Assembly: GCA_937988715.1 (NCBI GenBank)
Contig: CALKIF010000007.1
Coordinates: 2,042 to 66,041 of the forward strand
Length of the DNA: 64,000 bases
Source: an uncultured Alphaproteobacteria bacterium
GTDB lineage: Bacteria > Pseudomonadota > Alphaproteobacteria > Puniceispirillales > Puniceispirillaceae
Reading direction: 5' to 3'
The position numbers were made by a program, and so were the translations under genes. Below the pieces are notes generated by a model. The model had not been told where the DNA came from. It made no database searches and saw only the letters and a list, made by a program, of their open reading frames with translations. Below, one piece after another: positions 60,861 to 64,000 of this stretch (position 1 is the first letter of the stretch; each line of letters opens with the position of its first letter).

Positions 60861-61922
60861 ATGCCCGCTATAAAACAAACTGTGCTGATCGGGTGCGGTA
60901 TGGTCAGCTCAGCCTATATGGACGCCTTCAGCCATCTTCAGGACCGGGTCAGGCTGAAAGGGGTGATGGCCAGCACGCCTGGCTCTGCACAAGCCTTCAT
61001 TGACCGGCAGACAGAACCGTTAGCGTCCGATCTTAACGTGTATCAAAATACAGCTGCCATTGCTGGTGATGATGAGGTTGATTTCGTGATTCTGGCGACC
61101 CCGCCAAATGCGCGTCTGGATATTTGCCGGCCCCTTGCTGAGGCGGGTATGCCGGTATTGATGGAAAAGCCGGTTGAGCGGTCAGCACAGGCGGCCCGTC
61201 AGCTTGTTGATCTGTTTGCTGAACATCATCTGCCCTTAGGCCTTGTTCTGCAGCATCGGGCGCGGGAATCTGCACAGAAACTGGCCAATCTGCTGGCAGG
61301 CGGCGAGGCTGGTGCGCTCAGATCAGTGGAAATCACTGTGCCCTGGTGGCGCCCGCAAAGTTATTATGATGTTGACGGGCGCGGCAGCTATGACCGGGAT
61401 GGGGGCGGTGTGCTTATCTCGCAAGCCATTCATACCCTTGATCTGGCGCTGCAGTTCACCGGACCGGTCAGCTCTGTTCAGGCCTTATGCCGGACCACCG
61501 GCCATCATCATCTGGAGGCTGAGGATTTTGTTTCTGCTGGTCTGGTGTTCGGCAATGGGGCGGTTGGTCATTTGTTTGCCAGCACCGCCAGCTTTCCCGG
61601 TCGCAGCGAGGATATCTGGCTGCATTATCAGAATCTGTCTGCTCATCTTCTCTCTGACCGGCTAGTTGTGCATTGGCAATCAGGCCAAACCGAAGAATTT
61701 GGAACCAGTTCGGCAACCGGAGCAGGGGCAGACCCTATGGCGTTTTCGTCTGCCTGGCATCAGGCGGTTATCACAAATTTCTGTGACCATCTGGACGATG
61801 CTGAACCGCTTTTGGCCAGCGGCACATCTGCTCTGGCCATTCATGACCTGATTGAGGCTCTGGAAACCTCATCCAGAAACCAACAGCTGGTGGCTTTGCC
61901 CGCCCTATCCTTAAGGAGGTAA
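60861..61922 (+). CDS. Gfo/Idh/MocA-family oxidoreductase
   Basis: VLIGCGMVSSAY, MEKPV and a C-terminal alpha/beta domain. Confidence 0.8.
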   Translation: MPAIKQTVLIGCGMVSSAYMDAFSHLQDRVRLKGVMASTPGSAQAFIDRQTEPLASDLNVYQNTAAIAGDDEVDFVILATPPNARLDICRPLAEAGMPVLMEKPVERSAQAARQLVDLFAEHHLPLGLVLQHRARESAQKLANLLAGGEAGALRSVEITVPWWRPQSYYDVDGRGSYDRDGGGVLISQAIHTLDLALQFTGPVSSVQALCRTTGHHHLEAEDFVSAGLVFGNGAVGHLFASTASFPGRSEDIWLHYQNLSAHLLSDRLVVHWQSGQTEEFGTSSATGAGADPMAFSSAWHQAVITNFCDHLDDAEPLLASGTSALAIHDLIEALETSSRNQQLVALPALSLRR

Positions 61923-61925
61923 GAT

Positions 61926-62954
61926 GTGCGCTTTTCACCCCGCTTAGCTGTGCTTGGTATCGATCACAGGCATATTTTCGGCATGCTGGGCCAGATGATG
62001 GCTGAAGGCGCGGTCTGTAAGGGCTGGTGGACAGCTTATGATACCCCGCTTGAAGCTGGATTTATTAAGCGATTTCCTAATTTTGAGCGGGTTCAGGACA
62101 AACGCCGACTGCTGGAAGACCCGAATATTGATATGATTCTGATTGCCGCTATTCCTTGTGAGCGGGCAGAGCTGGCGATTGAGGCCATGCGGGCAGGCAA
62201 AGATGTGATGGTGGATAAGCCGGGCTGCACCAGCCTTGAACAGCTTCAGCAAATTCAAGCTTGTGTTGCGGAAACAGGCCGTATCTGGAGCGTGAATTTT
62301 TCTGAACGGTTTGAAGTGCCTGCTGTCACCAAAGCAGATGAGCTGGTCAGGGCAGGGGCAATCGGCACAGTCAAACAAACCTTAGGCATCGGCCCCCACA
62401 GACAGAATCTGGATACACGGCCGGACTGGTTTTTTGACCGCCAGAAATTTGGCGGCATTTTATGCGATATCGGCTCTCACCAAATTGACCAATATCTATA
62501 TTTCACCGGTGCGCAGGATGTGCACATCAGCCATGCTTATACCGAAAACACCACCTTGTCTGCCTATCCTGGGTTTCAGGATTTTGGCGAAATTGTCCTG
62601 AACAGCCCGCAGGGCAATGGCTATATCCGGGTTGATTGGTTCACCCCGGATGCGCTGCCCACCTGGGGGGACGGGCGGTTATTCATTTTAGGAGATGAAG
62701 GGTCTATTGAGCTGCGCAAATACACCAATATTGCCCAGCCCCATATAACTGACCAGCTGTTTCTGGCTACGCATAAGGAGGTTAAACAAATTGACTGCCG
62801 TGAGTCAGGAATGCCTTATTTTTCACGACTTATCAATGATATAGAAAACAGAACAGAGACAGCATGTAAACAAAACCACACTTTCAGGGCCACGGCCCTT
62901 GCCCTTGACGCCCAGCGTCTGGCGGACAAGGCTGGCAAGCCGGGAACAGGCTGA
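61926..62954 (+). CDS. Gfo/Idh/MocA-like protein with non-canonical N-terminal motif (GIDHRH instead of GxGxxG)
   Basis: LAVLGIDHRHIFGML and VDKPG, with overall family length and architecture. GTG start 5 nt after AAGGAGG. Confidence 0.65.
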   Translation: MRFSPRLAVLGIDHRHIFGMLGQMMAEGAVCKGWWTAYDTPLEAGFIKRFPNFERVQDKRRLLEDPNIDMILIAAIPCERAELAIEAMRAGKDVMVDKPGCTSLEQLQQIQACVAETGRIWSVNFSERFEVPAVTKADELVRAGAIGTVKQTLGIGPHRQNLDTRPDWFFDRQKFGGILCDIGSHQIDQYLYFTGAQDVHISHAYTENTTLSAYPGFQDFGEIVLNSPQGNGYIRVDWFTPDALPTWGDGRLFILGDEGSIELRKYTNIAQPHITDQLFLATHKEVKQIDCRESGMPYFSRLINDIENRTETACKQNHTFRATALALDAQRLADKAGKPGTG

Positions 62955-64000
62955 TGCGAAGATTGCGTGTGGGTATTGTCGGGGCCGGTATTGGTGCGGA
63001 ACATTTTCAGGCTTATCTGGCGCTTGCTGACCGGTTTGAGGTTCGTTATATGTGCGATCTGGATGACGCCCGCGCCGCTCAGGCTGTCTCTGGCCGGAAA
63101 GCTGTCACCATCACCCGCAGCCTTGATCAGATTTTGGCTGATCCGGACATTGATCTGATGGATGTCTGTCTGCCGCCGCATCTTCATCTGTCTGCCTGTT
63201 CTGCCGCACTGCAAGCGGGCAAGGACGTGATTTGTGAAAAACCGCTTGTTGCCAGCCTGGCTGAGGCAGACCAGCTGGCAGACTTGATGCAGCAGACAGG
63301 GCGTCAGGTTTTTCCTGTATTTCAATATCGCTATGGGGCCGGGGCGGCAAAGCTGCAAAAGCTGATGGCCGCAGGTCTTGCCGGAACGCCGCTTGTTGGC
63401 AGTCTTGAGACTCACTGGAATCGTGATAAGGCCTATTATGCTGTGGATTGGCGCGGCAGCTGGGCCGGCGAGCGGGGCGGCGCGATTCTTGGTCATGCGA
63501 TTCATATTCATGACTGGCTGAGCTTTGCTTTTGGTGAGATAGACAGCGTGTTTGCTTATCTGGCGACACGGGTGAATGAGATTGAGGTTGAAGATTGTGC
63601 CAGCCTGTCTATCCGCATGCGGTCAGGCGCGCTTATCACCAGTTCTGTGACCTTGGGCGCGGCAACAGATACCAGCCGCCTGCGGTTCTGTTTTTCTGGT
63701 CTGACAGCAGAATCAGGGCTTGAGCCTTATAAGCTAGCAGATAGTGACTGGCAGTTTATTGCCAGGGCCCCGCAGCAGCAGGCCGAGATTGAGTCTGTTC
63801 TGGCGGACCTGACCCCGCCCTTGTCCGGGTTTCAGGGGTTATTTGCCGCGATATATGACCATCTTGTCTCAGGGCAGGGCGATATAGTCAGCTTTGCTGA
63901 CGGGCGGCGGTCAATTGAATTTGTCACCGCTGTTTACCGGTCTGCCCGTGAAGGGAAACAGATCCACCTTCCCCTGAATGTAGATGATCCGCTCTATCAC
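62954..64000 (+). CDS. Gfo/Idh/MocA-family oxidoreductase, partial (runs off window end)
   Basis: Not in the ORF track. My translation: MRRLRVGIVGAGIGAEHFQAYLALADRFEV...CEKPLVASLAEAD...HLPLNVDDPLYH, open to position 64000. Its ATG overlaps the previous stop by 1 nt (TGATG). Confidence 0.8.
   Translation, partial: MRRLRVGIVGAGIGAEHFQAYLALADRFEVRYMCDLDDARAAQAVSGRKAVTITRSLDQILADPDIDLMDVCLPPHLHLSACSAALQAGKDVICEKPLVASLAEADQLADLMQQTGRQVFPVFQYRYGAGAAKLQKLMAAGLAGTPLVGSLETHWNRDKAYYAVDWRGSWAGERGGAILGHAIHIHDWLSFAFGEIDSVFAYLATRVNEIEVEDCASLSIRMRSGALITSSVTLGAATDTSRLRFCFSGLTAESGLEPYKLADSDWQFIARAPQQQAEIESVLADLTPPLSGFQGLFAAIYDHLVSGQGDIVSFADGRRSIEFVTAVYRSAREGKQIHLPLNVDDPLYH

Overview
This window reads as a chromosomal segment of an alphaproteobacterium. 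That call rests on synteny only: dusB(nifR3)-ntrB-ntrC-ntrY-ntrX-trkA-...-hfq-...-mazG, pyrG-kdsA-eno-ftsB-pdhA-pdhB-pdhC-lpdA-lipA, and recG-sdhE-mfd. Hand counts of a few 60-nt lines give about 53-55% G+C in housekeeping genes. About 45 kb (12-51 kb) is densely packed core metabolism, cell envelope and DNA repair. Two stretches look accessory. (i) 1-12 kb holds a TTT (TctABC) transporter whose permease operon ends in a TauD-family dioxygenase, an orphan choline-sulfatase, an orphan arsH, a glucosyl/mannosyl-glycerate (GpgP/GpgS-type) pair, a translationally coupled DUF3291-HNH pair, and a candidate sigma-54 promoter in front of a small unknown ORF plus haloacid dehalogenase/cupin genes. (ii) 51-64 kb holds redox/GST genes, a HIT-CPD photolyase-FeS (6-4) photolyase string, and an enolase-superfamily gene with four Gfo/Idh/MocA oxidoreductases. 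I recognised no rRNA, tRNA, CRISPR array, transposase or integrase. The most unusual observations are: an NtrC orthologue with intact receiver and HTH but a degenerate AAA+ core with no GAFTGA loop; a near-consensus -24/-12 promoter elsewhere in the window; the TTT-dioxygenase-sulfatase arrangement; the GTGA-coupled DUF3291/HNH pair; and loss of hflX downstream of hfq. All functional calls come from motif and family recognition by eye, and no database search was possible.
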